Origin: Lentisphaerota bacterium
GTDB lineage: Bacteria > Verrucomicrobiota > Lentisphaeria > Victivallales > UBA1829
DNA: 64,000 nucleotides
NCBI GenBank assembly: GCA_015061915.1
Contig: SUVR01000002.1
Location: 60,670 to 124,669 of the forward strand
Direction: 5' to 3'
Positions 53,847 to 62,927 of this stretch are shown here, piece after piece. Position numbers and translations under genes: made by a program. The notes beneath the pieces were generated by a model, which searched no databases, had not been told where the DNA came from, and saw nothing but the letters and a program-made list of their open reading frames with translations. The first letter of the stretch is position 1. Each line of letters opens with the position of its first letter.

Positions 53847-54770
53847 CTACTGTGACATTGTTCTTGCTATGGCATAAACTGCCATGGCACCAGCCATCAG
53901 CAACGCCATGATCAGACGGCGAATCCACGCAAAAACTCCGACCCGGGGTTCATATTCTTTCAGCCCCATTTTCAACAGGATCGCCCCGATCACCACCGAA
54001 ATCACTCCGCGCGCAGCCTGCAGGATCGATCCATAGACCACGCCGACCGAAGAAAAGCAGTCAAAGAGGAAGAGAAGAGAAGTAAACCAGATGAGTCCGT
54101 AATAAGAGGAATCTTTGAGCATTTTCCAGCTTTTCGGCACCCGTTTCAGCAGAAGCAGCGGTGCCATGACCAGTGCGGTCAGAAACGCCGTGGTACTGAC
54201 CGAGGCAAAAGAGGCGACCAACCGGCTGGTTCCCTCCTTTCCCATAGCAAGACAGGCATCCAGCAGGGCGGTCCCGGCGAGGTCACCCAGGGAATAACCG
54301 AGCAGGGTCATAAAGAGCCAGAATGCGGCTTTGAGTGTGATTTTTCCACCGGTAAAATTCATCCCCACAGCGGCGATCGTAGCCATCAGGACAGCCACCC
54401 ACTGGAGCCAGTTCACCCGCTGCTGCAGGATCAGCATACAGATCATTGCCAGCGTGGCGATCTTCAATCCCAGCAGGCTGGAAAGACGGGAGGCTTCCAC
54501 TTCTTTCAAAGTCCGGAAAAAGGAAAAATTTCCGAAGATGCTCCCGGCTACGGCTCCGGTGGCGATCAATACCGTCCGCAGGTCAAAAATCCAGTTGAAA
54601 CGGGGATACACAAATGCCAGCAGGATCAATCCCGCCACGCCCTGCGCCAGCACGGCATAAAGAGTCAGCAGAAAAGGGCTGCCATGGATCAGCATAAACC
54701 GCTTGGAAAAGATGTAGGAAAGCGACATCAGCAGAGCTGCGGTCAACCCGAATACGATCCCGTGTACCAT
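53847..54770 (-). CDS. EamA/DMT-superfamily transporter
   Basis: 307 aa with about 10 hydrophobic helices in two homologous halves, typical of EamA-domain permeases. Confidence 0.7.
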   Translation of the reverse strand: MVHGIVFGLTAALLMSLSYIFSKRFMLIHGSPFLLTLYAVLAQGVAGLILLAFVYPRFNWIFDLRTVLIATGAVAGSIFGNFSFFRTLKEVEASRLSSLLGLKIATLAMICMLILQQRVNWLQWVAVLMATIAAVGMNFTGGKITLKAAFWLFMTLLGYSLGDLAGTALLDACLAMGKEGTSRLVASFASVSTTAFLTALVMAPLLLLKRVPKSWKMLKDSSYYGLIWFTSLLFLFDCFSSVGVVYGSILQAARGVISVVIGAILLKMGLKEYEPRVGVFAWIRRLIMALLMAGAMAVYAIARTMSQ

Positions 54771-55000
54771 AAAAAATCACTTTCATTCCTGTTTCATTCA
54801 ATCCGGTAAAAGGGTCTTTAATATAGCACTGCAACGACAAAAAAACAAGAAGTCGCCGCAAGAAAAACATCCTTCTTTCATAAAATGAAAAAAATCCGGA
54901 AACTTTCCACTTTTGCCCTTGCTTTTTTCATGCAACCGGAGTATGTTATATCCCCGATTGGACAAATGGCATACAACTGAAAATTTCGGACACTGGAGAC

Positions 55001-56518
55001 ATGAAAACCATCGGCTTTGACAACGATTTGTATCTGCGCCAGCAATCGGAGGAGATCCTGGACCGCGCAGCCCGCTTCGACAACAAACTTTATCTGGAAT
55101 TCGGGGGCAAACTGGCTTACGACCTGCACGCAGCACGCATCCTGCCCGGATTCGATCCCAATGTCAAACTGCAGCTGCTGCAACGCCTGCGGGACAAAAT
55201 CGATGTAGTGATCTGTATTTATGCCGGCGATATCGAACGTAAAAAGATCCGTGCCGACTTCGGGATCGCATACGATGCCGACACGATGCGGATCATCGAC
55301 AACCTCCGGGAACACGGGATCAGCGTCAAAGCCGTGGTTGTGACCCGTTACGACGGGCACCCGGCAGTCAACAGTTTCATCAACAAACTGGAACGGCGGG
55401 GGATCCGGGTTTACAAACACAACTCCATCAAGGGCTATCCTGCGGATGTGGACCTGATCGTCAGCGAAAACGGCTACGGTGCCAACGAATACATCGAAAC
55501 AGATAAACCCATTGTCATCGTCACCGGACCCGGTCCCAGCAGCGGAAAGATGGCGACCTGCCTTTCTCAGGTCTATCACGAACACCTGCGGGGCGTTTCC
55601 GCCGGTTATGCCAAGTTCGAGACTTTCCCCGTCTGGAACCTGCCGCTGAACCACCCCGTGAACATTGCTTACGAAGCCGCAACGGCTGATATCGGCGACG
55701 TCAACATGGTGGACTCCTTCCATCTGGAAGCCACCGGTCAGACCGCCATCAACTACAACCGGGACATTGCGATCTTCCCGGTGGTCCGCCGGATCTGTGA
55801 ACGGATCATGGGCAAGGATCAGGCATACGTCTCTCCCACGGATATGGGTGTGAACCGGGTCGGGTTTGCCATTTCCGATGATGACGCTGTCTGTTATGCG
55901 GCAAAACAGGAAATCATCCGCCGCTACTTCCGCTATCGCTGCGAGTATGCGCTGGGGGCGACGGAAAAAGCCACCATCGACCGGATCAAAGTTTTGATGG
56001 ACAACCTCAATCTGCAGGAAGAGGACCGTAATACTGTGGCACCCGCACGGGCAGCTGCAGAACAGGCGGCAAACGAAAGCGGCAAAGGTGACGACGGCTA
56101 CTACTGCGGGGCGGCACTGGAACTGCCGGACGGCAGGATCATCACCGGCAAAAACTCCCCGATCCTTCATGCCTCTGCCGCGTGCGTGCTGAACGCCATC
56201 AAGGCACTGGCGAATCTGCCCGCCGAACTGCTGCTGCTTGCTCCGGCAGTCATTGATTCCGTATCCAAGCTGAAGCACGATATTATCCAGACCCGCCGCA
56301 CCAGTATGGACCTGGATGAAATGCTGATCGCCCTGGCGGTGAGCGCCTCCAACAGTCCGGCAGTCAGTCTGGCAATGAAACAGCTTTCCAGCCTCAGCGG
56401 CTGTGAAATGCACATTTCCCATATGCCCTCCCCCGGCGATGAAGCGGGATTGCGGAAGCTGGGGATCAACCTGACTTGCGACCCGAAGTTCGCCAGCCGG
56501 GACCTCTTCATCAGTTAA
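55001..56518 (+). CDS. DUF1846 (UPF0371) family protein
   Basis: 505 aa. The N-terminus MKTIGFDNDLYLRQQSEEILDRAARFDNKLYLEFGGKL...ARILPGFDPNVKLQLL matches my recollection of the UPF0371 family. Confidence 0.7.
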   Translation: MKTIGFDNDLYLRQQSEEILDRAARFDNKLYLEFGGKLAYDLHAARILPGFDPNVKLQLLQRLRDKIDVVICIYAGDIERKKIRADFGIAYDADTMRIIDNLREHGISVKAVVVTRYDGHPAVNSFINKLERRGIRVYKHNSIKGYPADVDLIVSENGYGANEYIETDKPIVIVTGPGPSSGKMATCLSQVYHEHLRGVSAGYAKFETFPVWNLPLNHPVNIAYEAATADIGDVNMVDSFHLEATGQTAINYNRDIAIFPVVRRICERIMGKDQAYVSPTDMGVNRVGFAISDDDAVCYAAKQEIIRRYFRYRCEYALGATEKATIDRIKVLMDNLNLQEEDRNTVAPARAAAEQAANESGKGDDGYYCGAALELPDGRIITGKNSPILHASAACVLNAIKALANLPAELLLLAPAVIDSVSKLKHDIIQTRRTSMDLDEMLIALAVSASNSPAVSLAMKQLSSLSGCEMHISHMPSPGDEAGLRKLGINLTCDPKFASRDLFIS

Positions 56519-56576
56519 CAGAAAATTCAACCACGTAAAACAATATCAACCCAAAGAACAGAAAGGCTTAAGAAAG

Positions 56577-57590
56577 ATGTCCGTTCTTGATTCGATCCGC
56601 GCAAAAGCGAAGTCCCTCGGCAGAAAAGTCTGCCTGACCGAAAGCGATGACCCGCGCAACCTGGCAGCCGCCGCGAAACTGGTGGAAAAAGGTTATGCAA
56701 AACCCGTTCTGGTGGGCGATGAAGACGCCATCCGCAAACTGGCGGCAGAAAACAATATCGACCTGACCGGCGTGGAAATCGCCGACGTCCTCAAGAGTCC
56801 CAACCTGCAGAAGTACATCGACACCGTCGTTGAAATCCGCAAGAACAAAGGTCTCACCCCTGAACAGGCACGGGAATGGCTGAAGGACACCTGCGTGTTC
56901 TCCGCTGCTATGGTCTGCGCCGGCGATGCACACGGCTACGTTTCCGGCGGCGGCAATCCCAAGGGCTACAATCACAACACCGCCCAGAAGACCAAACCGG
57001 CTCTCCAGCTCTTCAAGACTGCCCCCGGCAACTCCATCGCTTCCGCCTTCTTCATTATGCAGATGCCGGACAACCGTTTCGGTCATGACGGCGTTCTCTT
57101 CTATGCGGACTGCGGTCTGAACATCAACCCCAACGCCGATCAGCTGGCGGAAATCGCTGTCACCACAGCAAAGACCTTCCGTCAGTACACCGGCGCAGAA
57201 CCGAAAGTTGCTATGATCAGCTGCTCCACCAAGGGTTCTGCCAAAGATCCCATCATCGAAAAAGTCGTGGAAGCCACTGCAAAGGCGCAGGCACTCGCTC
57301 CCAATATGCTGATCGACGGCGAAATGCAGTTTGACGCTGCTCTCCTCCCCGAAATCGCAGCAAAGAAGGCTCCCGGTTCCCCGGTCGCCGGTCAGGCAAA
57401 CGTGTTTGTCTTCCCCGATCTGAACTGCGGCAACACCATGTACAAGGCTACCGAACGCCTTGCCGGTGCAACTGCCATCGGCCCCCTGATCCAGGGTCTC
57501 CGCAAGCCCTTCACCGACGTCTCCCGCGGCTGCTCCGTGGATGACATCGTGGACTGCGCAGCGGTTGCCGCCATCACCGAATGGGCATAA
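56577..57590 (+). CDS. pta: phosphate acetyltransferase (short form)
   Basis: 337 aa. PTA_PTB motifs MVCAGDAHGYVSG, DCGLNINP and VFVFPDLNCGNTMYK. Confidence 0.9.
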   Translation: MSVLDSIRAKAKSLGRKVCLTESDDPRNLAAAAKLVEKGYAKPVLVGDEDAIRKLAAENNIDLTGVEIADVLKSPNLQKYIDTVVEIRKNKGLTPEQAREWLKDTCVFSAAMVCAGDAHGYVSGGGNPKGYNHNTAQKTKPALQLFKTAPGNSIASAFFIMQMPDNRFGHDGVLFYADCGLNINPNADQLAEIAVTTAKTFRQYTGAEPKVAMISCSTKGSAKDPIIEKVVEATAKAQALAPNMLIDGEMQFDAALLPEIAAKKAPGSPVAGQANVFVFPDLNCGNTMYKATERLAGATAIGPLIQGLRKPFTDVSRGCSVDDIVDCAAVAAITEWA

Positions 57591-57622
57591 AAGCGACGAT
57601 CCTCTGAGGATACAAAACGCAG

Positions 57623-57657
57623 CGAAGCACAGCCAGACGGTTGTGCTTCGTTTTTTT
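57623..57657 (+). terminator. intrinsic terminator of pta
   Basis: CGAAGCACA-(10 nt)-TGTGCTTCG followed by T7. Confidence 0.8.
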
Positions 57658-57691
57658 GTAGAGATATTTTGTAAAAAAGCAGTAAAATGCC

Positions 57692-57720
57692 TTGTGAAAA
57701 GTGCGGTACGGGATTATAGT
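57692..57720 (+). promoter_or_regulatory. putative sigma70 promoter of the atypical ABC operon (TTGTGA-N17-TATAGT)
   Basis: TTGTGA at 57692-57697 and TATAGT at 57715-57720, 24 nt upstream of the ATG at 57744. Pattern only. Confidence 0.35.
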
Positions 57721-57743
57721 ATGCCGGATAAGGCAAACAGAAT

Positions 57744-60386
57744 ATGAATTGGAAAAATATCTGGCAACACGGACTGATCAAGACTGCAGGGATCATGATC
57801 GCTGCAGTGTTTCTGCTTGCCCTGATGATCCGGGGGATCACCTTCCTTCTGCCATCAAACGGAGATGAGTCGCTTACCACTGTTCCACAGCAGATGACCG
57901 CCAAAAAACGGATCCCGCTGCGTTTGCAACGGGTTCCGGATCCCCGGCTGACCAGTCCCCGGAACAAGGCGGAACAGGCCGTTTTTCAGGCATTTCTGAA
58001 GAAGCACCCGGAGGTTGAAGTTTCGGCATTTTCCGGGATCACCATTGCCAACATTCAGGCGGAATCGGAGATCATGCTTGCCATCGCCGGAGGGAACGCG
58101 CCGGATGTTTTCACCTACATCAATTTCCGGATGTCCGATTCCTATATCCAGCAATCCTTTCTTTATCCGCTGGACGGCTTTCTGGACAGGGACAGATTTG
58201 AAGGAGGCAGAGACGCGTATCTGAACAGTCTTGCCAAACCGATCCGCCCGGTGGTAAAACGCAACGGTCCTGCCATTGGAGACAATGCGGCAGGCGAACA
58301 TATCTGGGCGATGCCCGGTCCGCTTGCCGTGCGTGTTCTGATGTGGCGGAAAGATCTTTTCCAAGAGGCTGGTCTTGATCCGGAACGCCCGCCGCAGGAC
58401 TGGGAGGAATTGCTCTCCTATGCGAAGTGTCTCTCCGATCCCGTTACGGAAAAATACGGTCTGAACATGGATGGCGGACCGCAGGCGGCGTGGGATTTTA
58501 TGGCATTTCTCTGGTCGGCAGGCGGCGAAGCCGTGATTCAGAATGAATCCGGGGAATGGATTGCAGCGTACGGGTCCCGTCAGGCAGCAGAAGCCCTTGA
58601 TTTTTATCTCCGGCTCGCCACGGAACCGTGGATCGATGCAGACGGCAAACAGCAGCGCGGCTATACGGTCCTTTCCGCCAATGCCGGTTCCGTCATGGAA
58701 CGGGATCTGTGGAACGAAGGGCGGATCGGGATGAAAGTGGGTTATCTGGACAGTCAGAACATGGCGGGGAATGTGGATATGGCGCTGATCGGGATCGCCC
58801 CTTTTCCGCCCCACAGACGGGGTGAAAAATCCGGCACGGAACTCAACGCGATCATGACCGGGATCTTTTCCGGGATCGAAGGCAGAAAAAATTCCGCAGG
58901 CGAATGGTGCTCTGCCGATGAGATCCGGGAGGCAGCCTGGCAATACATCCGTTTTATCAATTCGGATGAAGCCAGACAAATCTATGCAGATACTCTGGTG
59001 GCAAACGGTTTGGGCAGAACGCTCAGTCCGGAATATCTGCGGAAGTATGGCTATCCGGAATATCTGAAGTTTTTTCCGCCGGAACTGGAGGAAACGTTCC
59101 ACGATGCCGTACAGAACGGCAAACCGGAGCCTTACGGCAGAAATTGTCAGATGGTTTACACCTTTATGACCGAACCGCTGAACAAAGCACTTCAGCTTGC
59201 CCGTGATGCTGACCTGCCATCCGATCGGGAGAAACGGCTTGAGATCCTGCAGGAGATCCTGAAAAGCTCCGAACGGAAAACAACAGAACAGATGCTGGGC
59301 AATCTTTCGCCGGAAGAACGGGAATTCCGGAATCTCTGGGCGGGGATCGCTGCATTTCTGATCTGTGCGCTGTTCTGTCTGGCGCTCTATAAAATCTGGC
59401 AGATTTTTTCTCCGAAAGATGATTTCTCCGGCAAACAGAAGGGATGGCAATTCCGCAAAAATGCTGTGGCGTATCTCATCATGCTGCCGGCACTGCTGAG
59501 TATCCTGCTCTGGGTGTATTACCCCATGACATTCGGATCCATGCTGCTCTTTCAGGACTACCGGGTGACCGGCGGTTCGGAATGGACCGGGCTGAACAAC
59601 CTGGCAGATGTATTGTTCAGTGCGGATTGGTGGGCAAGTGTCTGGAATACGATGCGGTATATGTTCTGGATTCTGGGTCTGGGGTTTGTGGTGCCGATCA
59701 TCCTTGCCATCCTGCTGCAGGAGGTTTCTCACTGCAAGCTGCTCTACCGGACACTCTTTTACCTGCCGGCAGTGATGAGCGGGCTGGTGGTGATCTATAT
59801 GTGGAAACTTTTTTACCAGTCCGGACCGGCAGGGATCATGAATCAGGTACTGCAATCTCTTACGGATGGTCTGAACTTCATTCTTGTGCCGGCAGTCTCT
59901 CTTTTCGATCCGGAATTCACCGGGATCCCCTTTGAACCGGTGGCGTGGCTGGAAGACGCAAAATGGGCAATGCTTTCCTGTGTCCTTCCGGCGATCTGGG
60001 CAAGTGCCGGACCCGGCTGCCTCATCTATCTTGCGGCGCTCAAAAGTGTGCCGGAAGAAACCTATGAGGCGGCAGAGATCGATGGAGCAAACTTCTTCCG
60101 GAAAGTATGGCACGTAACACTGCCGACGCTGAAGCCATTGATCATTATCAATTTTGTAGGGGCGTTCATCGGTGCAGCTCAAAGCGGCGGGATGATCCTG
60201 ATCATGACCTACGGCAATGCAGAAACCAATGTGGCAGAACTGCAGATCTTCAAGGAGGCTTACACCAATCTGCGCTTCGGAACTGCCATTGGAATGGCAT
60301 GGCTGTTGGGGATCACCACGCTGTTCTTTACGATTTATCAGCTGCGACGGCTTTCCAATATGGAATTCAAGATAACAGGGAAATGA
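57744..60386 (+). CDS. fusion protein: TM anchor + family-1 extracellular solute-binding domain + TM + MalF-like ABC permease
   Basis: 880 aa. TM helix at residues about 12-36. SBP_bac_1-like domain at about 75-525 (AIAGGNAPDVF, WAMPGPLAVRVLMWRKDLFQEAGLDP...W(E/D)ELL). Second TM at about 531-553. A sugar-type BPD_transp_1 permease core runs from about 570 (AVAYLIMLPALLSILLWVYYPM ... EAAEIDGANFFRKVWHVTLPTLKP). Confidence 0.8.
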   Translation: MNWKNIWQHGLIKTAGIMIAAVFLLALMIRGITFLLPSNGDESLTTVPQQMTAKKRIPLRLQRVPDPRLTSPRNKAEQAVFQAFLKKHPEVEVSAFSGITIANIQAESEIMLAIAGGNAPDVFTYINFRMSDSYIQQSFLYPLDGFLDRDRFEGGRDAYLNSLAKPIRPVVKRNGPAIGDNAAGEHIWAMPGPLAVRVLMWRKDLFQEAGLDPERPPQDWEELLSYAKCLSDPVTEKYGLNMDGGPQAAWDFMAFLWSAGGEAVIQNESGEWIAAYGSRQAAEALDFYLRLATEPWIDADGKQQRGYTVLSANAGSVMERDLWNEGRIGMKVGYLDSQNMAGNVDMALIGIAPFPPHRRGEKSGTELNAIMTGIFSGIEGRKNSAGEWCSADEIREAAWQYIRFINSDEARQIYADTLVANGLGRTLSPEYLRKYGYPEYLKFFPPELEETFHDAVQNGKPEPYGRNCQMVYTFMTEPLNKALQLARDADLPSDREKRLEILQEILKSSERKTTEQMLGNLSPEEREFRNLWAGIAAFLICALFCLALYKIWQIFSPKDDFSGKQKGWQFRKNAVAYLIMLPALLSILLWVYYPMTFGSMLLFQDYRVTGGSEWTGLNNLADVLFSADWWASVWNTMRYMFWILGLGFVVPIILAILLQEVSHCKLLYRTLFYLPAVMSGLVVIYMWKLFYQSGPAGIMNQVLQSLTDGLNFILVPAVSLFDPEFTGIPFEPVAWLEDAKWAMLSCVLPAIWASAGPGCLIYLAALKSVPEETYEAAEIDGANFFRKVWHVTLPTLKPLIIINFVGAFIGAAQSGGMILIMTYGNAETNVAELQIFKEAYTNLRFGTAIGMAWLLGITTLFFTIYQLRRLSNMEFKITGK

Positions 60387-60389
60387 TTT

Positions 60390-62924
60390 ATGGCGATCAT
60401 CGGTAAAATAGAACGGAAAAGCTGGAAAGTGATCCTGTTGAGTGTGGTGATCCACCTGATCCTGATTCTGGGGGCAGCGACTATGGTCTATCCCCTGCTT
60501 CTGATGCTTTCCGGATCAGTCAAAAGTTCCGTCGACTTCAAAAACTTCACCCTCTTTCCTGAATACCTGCTCACAGAAAGCGATGGTCAGGAACTGCTGT
60601 TCAAAAAGTATCTGGCTACAAAGTATAACAACCAAGTTCTGCGTATGGCAGGCGATTTCAAAGATCCCGGTGCCACCTTTGATACCGTCGCGCCTCCATT
60701 CCGGAAAAATCAGGTGCGGCGTACTGCAGACTATCAGGATTTTCTGGCGGAATGTAAAAAAGAACTGCCGCATTACTGGTTCCTGCTCGGAATGGCATAC
60801 GAACCCGGGATAGACCCGCTTTCCCTGCGTAATTTCCGGGCATTTCTGCAAGACGGCCGGACCGATACCAACCGGGCGCTGCGTGAGCTGAACGAGGCGT
60901 GTAATACACAGTTCACCGATTGGAACGAAATCTCACTGCCGGCAGAAAACTTTTTCCTGCGGCGGAATTCCGGAGATTACAGTTCCGGTCTGCTGAAAAG
61001 GCTCCACGAATTCAAGTACAGCAGGCATACAGGATTGCTGGTCGAGATCTGGCCGGATATGGAGGGTGATTTCATTGCAATGCTGCGGCGGGACTGCGGC
61101 AGAAGTCTTGAGTCGATCAATCAATCTCTGCAAACGGATTACAATTCCTGGAAGGAGATCATTCTTCCGGAAAAAGTTCCGGCGGAAAATCCATTGCTTG
61201 CAGCCCGCTGGGAAGAATTTGTCAAAAACGAAATCAACGCTGCCTTTATCACGGTCGAACCCCGTCTTGCACTTGCTCCCTGGCGACACTTCCTGAAGGA
61301 AAAATATGGCGACCTCGCCACACTGAACAAGTCGCACGGCACGCAATATACCGATTGGAACAATATCCCGTTCAGCAACAATGTACCCCAATCCGGGATC
61401 CTGCGGATCGATTGGATGGATTTTGTCAGCGGTAATTCCACGCATAAAAAAATGTGGCATGATTTTCTGAAGAAAAAATATGCGAACCGTATCAGTAATC
61501 TGAACACAGAATGGGGTACGGGATTCCGTACCTTCGGCGAAATACCGTTCCATAATTCCCGAAGCGATAATGAGGCAGAAAACCGGGCAGCCGCAGAACT
61601 GGATGAATTGATCCGCCGCAACCGGAAGAAAGAGATCCCCGCAGAAGCGATCACGCTTCATACGCTGGCGAACCGGTACCGGGCATGGCTGAAAAACCAT
61701 TACTCCGGCAGTCTCGGAGCAGTGGCGAACGCGTACGGCATGGGCTGTAATACATTCCAGGAAGTAACATTGCAGGGAACTGCACCCGGTGAAAATAATC
61801 TGGCAGAACATTCAGACTGGCTGGAATTTCTGCGCACTCTGCCGCCGGAAAAGATCGGACTCCTCCGCAGCGCCGCCGGAAACTACCGGCAATATCTCCG
61901 GGATCTGTACACAAAAGATGGGGTCTGCGATTTTGATGCGATGAGCCGGGATTACGGCAAAACGATCACCGGTGAAAACAACATTCCCATCCACCTGGTC
62001 TGCCCGCCTTCCGGCAAGGCTCGCACCGACTATCTTCATGCGATCCGTAACGATCTCCTTCCCGGTCAATATGTTCTGCCGGATCCGCAAAAATACAGTT
62101 CGGACTGGCATTCTTTTCTGGAGAAAAAGTATGTCAATATCCGGGAACTGAACCGGAAATGGCGTCTCATTCCCCGGACTTTTAACGACTTTTCCCTGCC
62201 GACCCGGGAACACGAATGGCAGCTGTTGCAGGAAAATGCCGCCTTCCTGCGAAATGAATACTTGACCAGGAATTACAAAATGGTCTTCAGTACCCTGTTC
62301 ACCAACGGTAATGCGGCAGTCAATACATTGATCTATTGTCTGCTTTCGGTTCTGGCGGCACTGCTGATCAATCCGCTTTGTGCATACGGACTTTCCCGTT
62401 ACAAACCGGCTTCATCCTATAAGATCCTGCTCTTCCTTATGCTGCCGATGGCGTTTCCTGCCATGGTGCTGGGAATTCCGCAATTTCTGCTGATCCGGGA
62501 TTTGGGACTGCTCAATACCTTCGCCGCCCTGATCCTGCCGGGAATCGCAAACGGATATTCCATCTTTCTGCTCAAGGGATTTTTTGACAGCCTTCCGAAG
62601 GAGTTGTACGAATCCGCCGCCATCGACGGAGCCGGCGAATGGACCGTTTTCTGGCAGATCGGGATGCGCCTTTCCACACCGGTTCTGGCAGTCATTGCAC
62701 TGGGCTCCTTCACCGCCGCTTACGGCAATTTTATGATGGCATTCCTGCTCTGCCAGAAAAAAGATATGTGGACGATGATGGTCTATCTCTACCAACTGCA
62801 GCAGACCTCTTCCCCGGCAGTGGGATTCGCCGCCCTGGCAATCGCCGCGATCCCCACGCTGATCGTGTTCATCTTCTGTCAGAACATCATTATCAAAGGG
62901 ATCGTTGTCCCCACCGAAAAATAA
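60390..62924 (+). CDS. MalG-like ABC permease with ~585-aa repeat-containing extracytoplasmic insertion
   Basis: 844 aa. TM1 at residues about 12-40 (VYPLLLMLSGSVKS). The MalG-type core lies only in the last ~215 aa (ESAAIDGAGEWTVFWQIGMRLSTPV). Residues about 45-630 contain eight copies of an aromatic-x2-aromatic-L...Y...LN...I.(L/F)P module. Confidence 0.8.
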   Translation: MAIIGKIERKSWKVILLSVVIHLILILGAATMVYPLLLMLSGSVKSSVDFKNFTLFPEYLLTESDGQELLFKKYLATKYNNQVLRMAGDFKDPGATFDTVAPPFRKNQVRRTADYQDFLAECKKELPHYWFLLGMAYEPGIDPLSLRNFRAFLQDGRTDTNRALRELNEACNTQFTDWNEISLPAENFFLRRNSGDYSSGLLKRLHEFKYSRHTGLLVEIWPDMEGDFIAMLRRDCGRSLESINQSLQTDYNSWKEIILPEKVPAENPLLAARWEEFVKNEINAAFITVEPRLALAPWRHFLKEKYGDLATLNKSHGTQYTDWNNIPFSNNVPQSGILRIDWMDFVSGNSTHKKMWHDFLKKKYANRISNLNTEWGTGFRTFGEIPFHNSRSDNEAENRAAAELDELIRRNRKKEIPAEAITLHTLANRYRAWLKNHYSGSLGAVANAYGMGCNTFQEVTLQGTAPGENNLAEHSDWLEFLRTLPPEKIGLLRSAAGNYRQYLRDLYTKDGVCDFDAMSRDYGKTITGENNIPIHLVCPPSGKARTDYLHAIRNDLLPGQYVLPDPQKYSSDWHSFLEKKYVNIRELNRKWRLIPRTFNDFSLPTREHEWQLLQENAAFLRNEYLTRNYKMVFSTLFTNGNAAVNTLIYCLLSVLAALLINPLCAYGLSRYKPASSYKILLFLMLPMAFPAMVLGIPQFLLIRDLGLLNTFAALILPGIANGYSIFLLKGFFDSLPKELYESAAIDGAGEWTVFWQIGMRLSTPVLAVIALGSFTAAYGNFMMAFLLCQKKDMWTMMVYLYQLQQTSSPAVGFAALAIAAIPTLIVFIFCQNIIIKGIVVPTEK

Positions 62925-62927
62925 ACA

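Noticed and set aside
53800-53850. GTGACA-ttt-TGTCAC palindrome and a repeated GTGACA near the 3' end of the EamA gene, as a possible operator
   Set aside because: The arms are only 6 bp. The site lies at or after a gene's stop rather than in a promoter. It is short enough to occur by chance, and I could not link it to any regulator.
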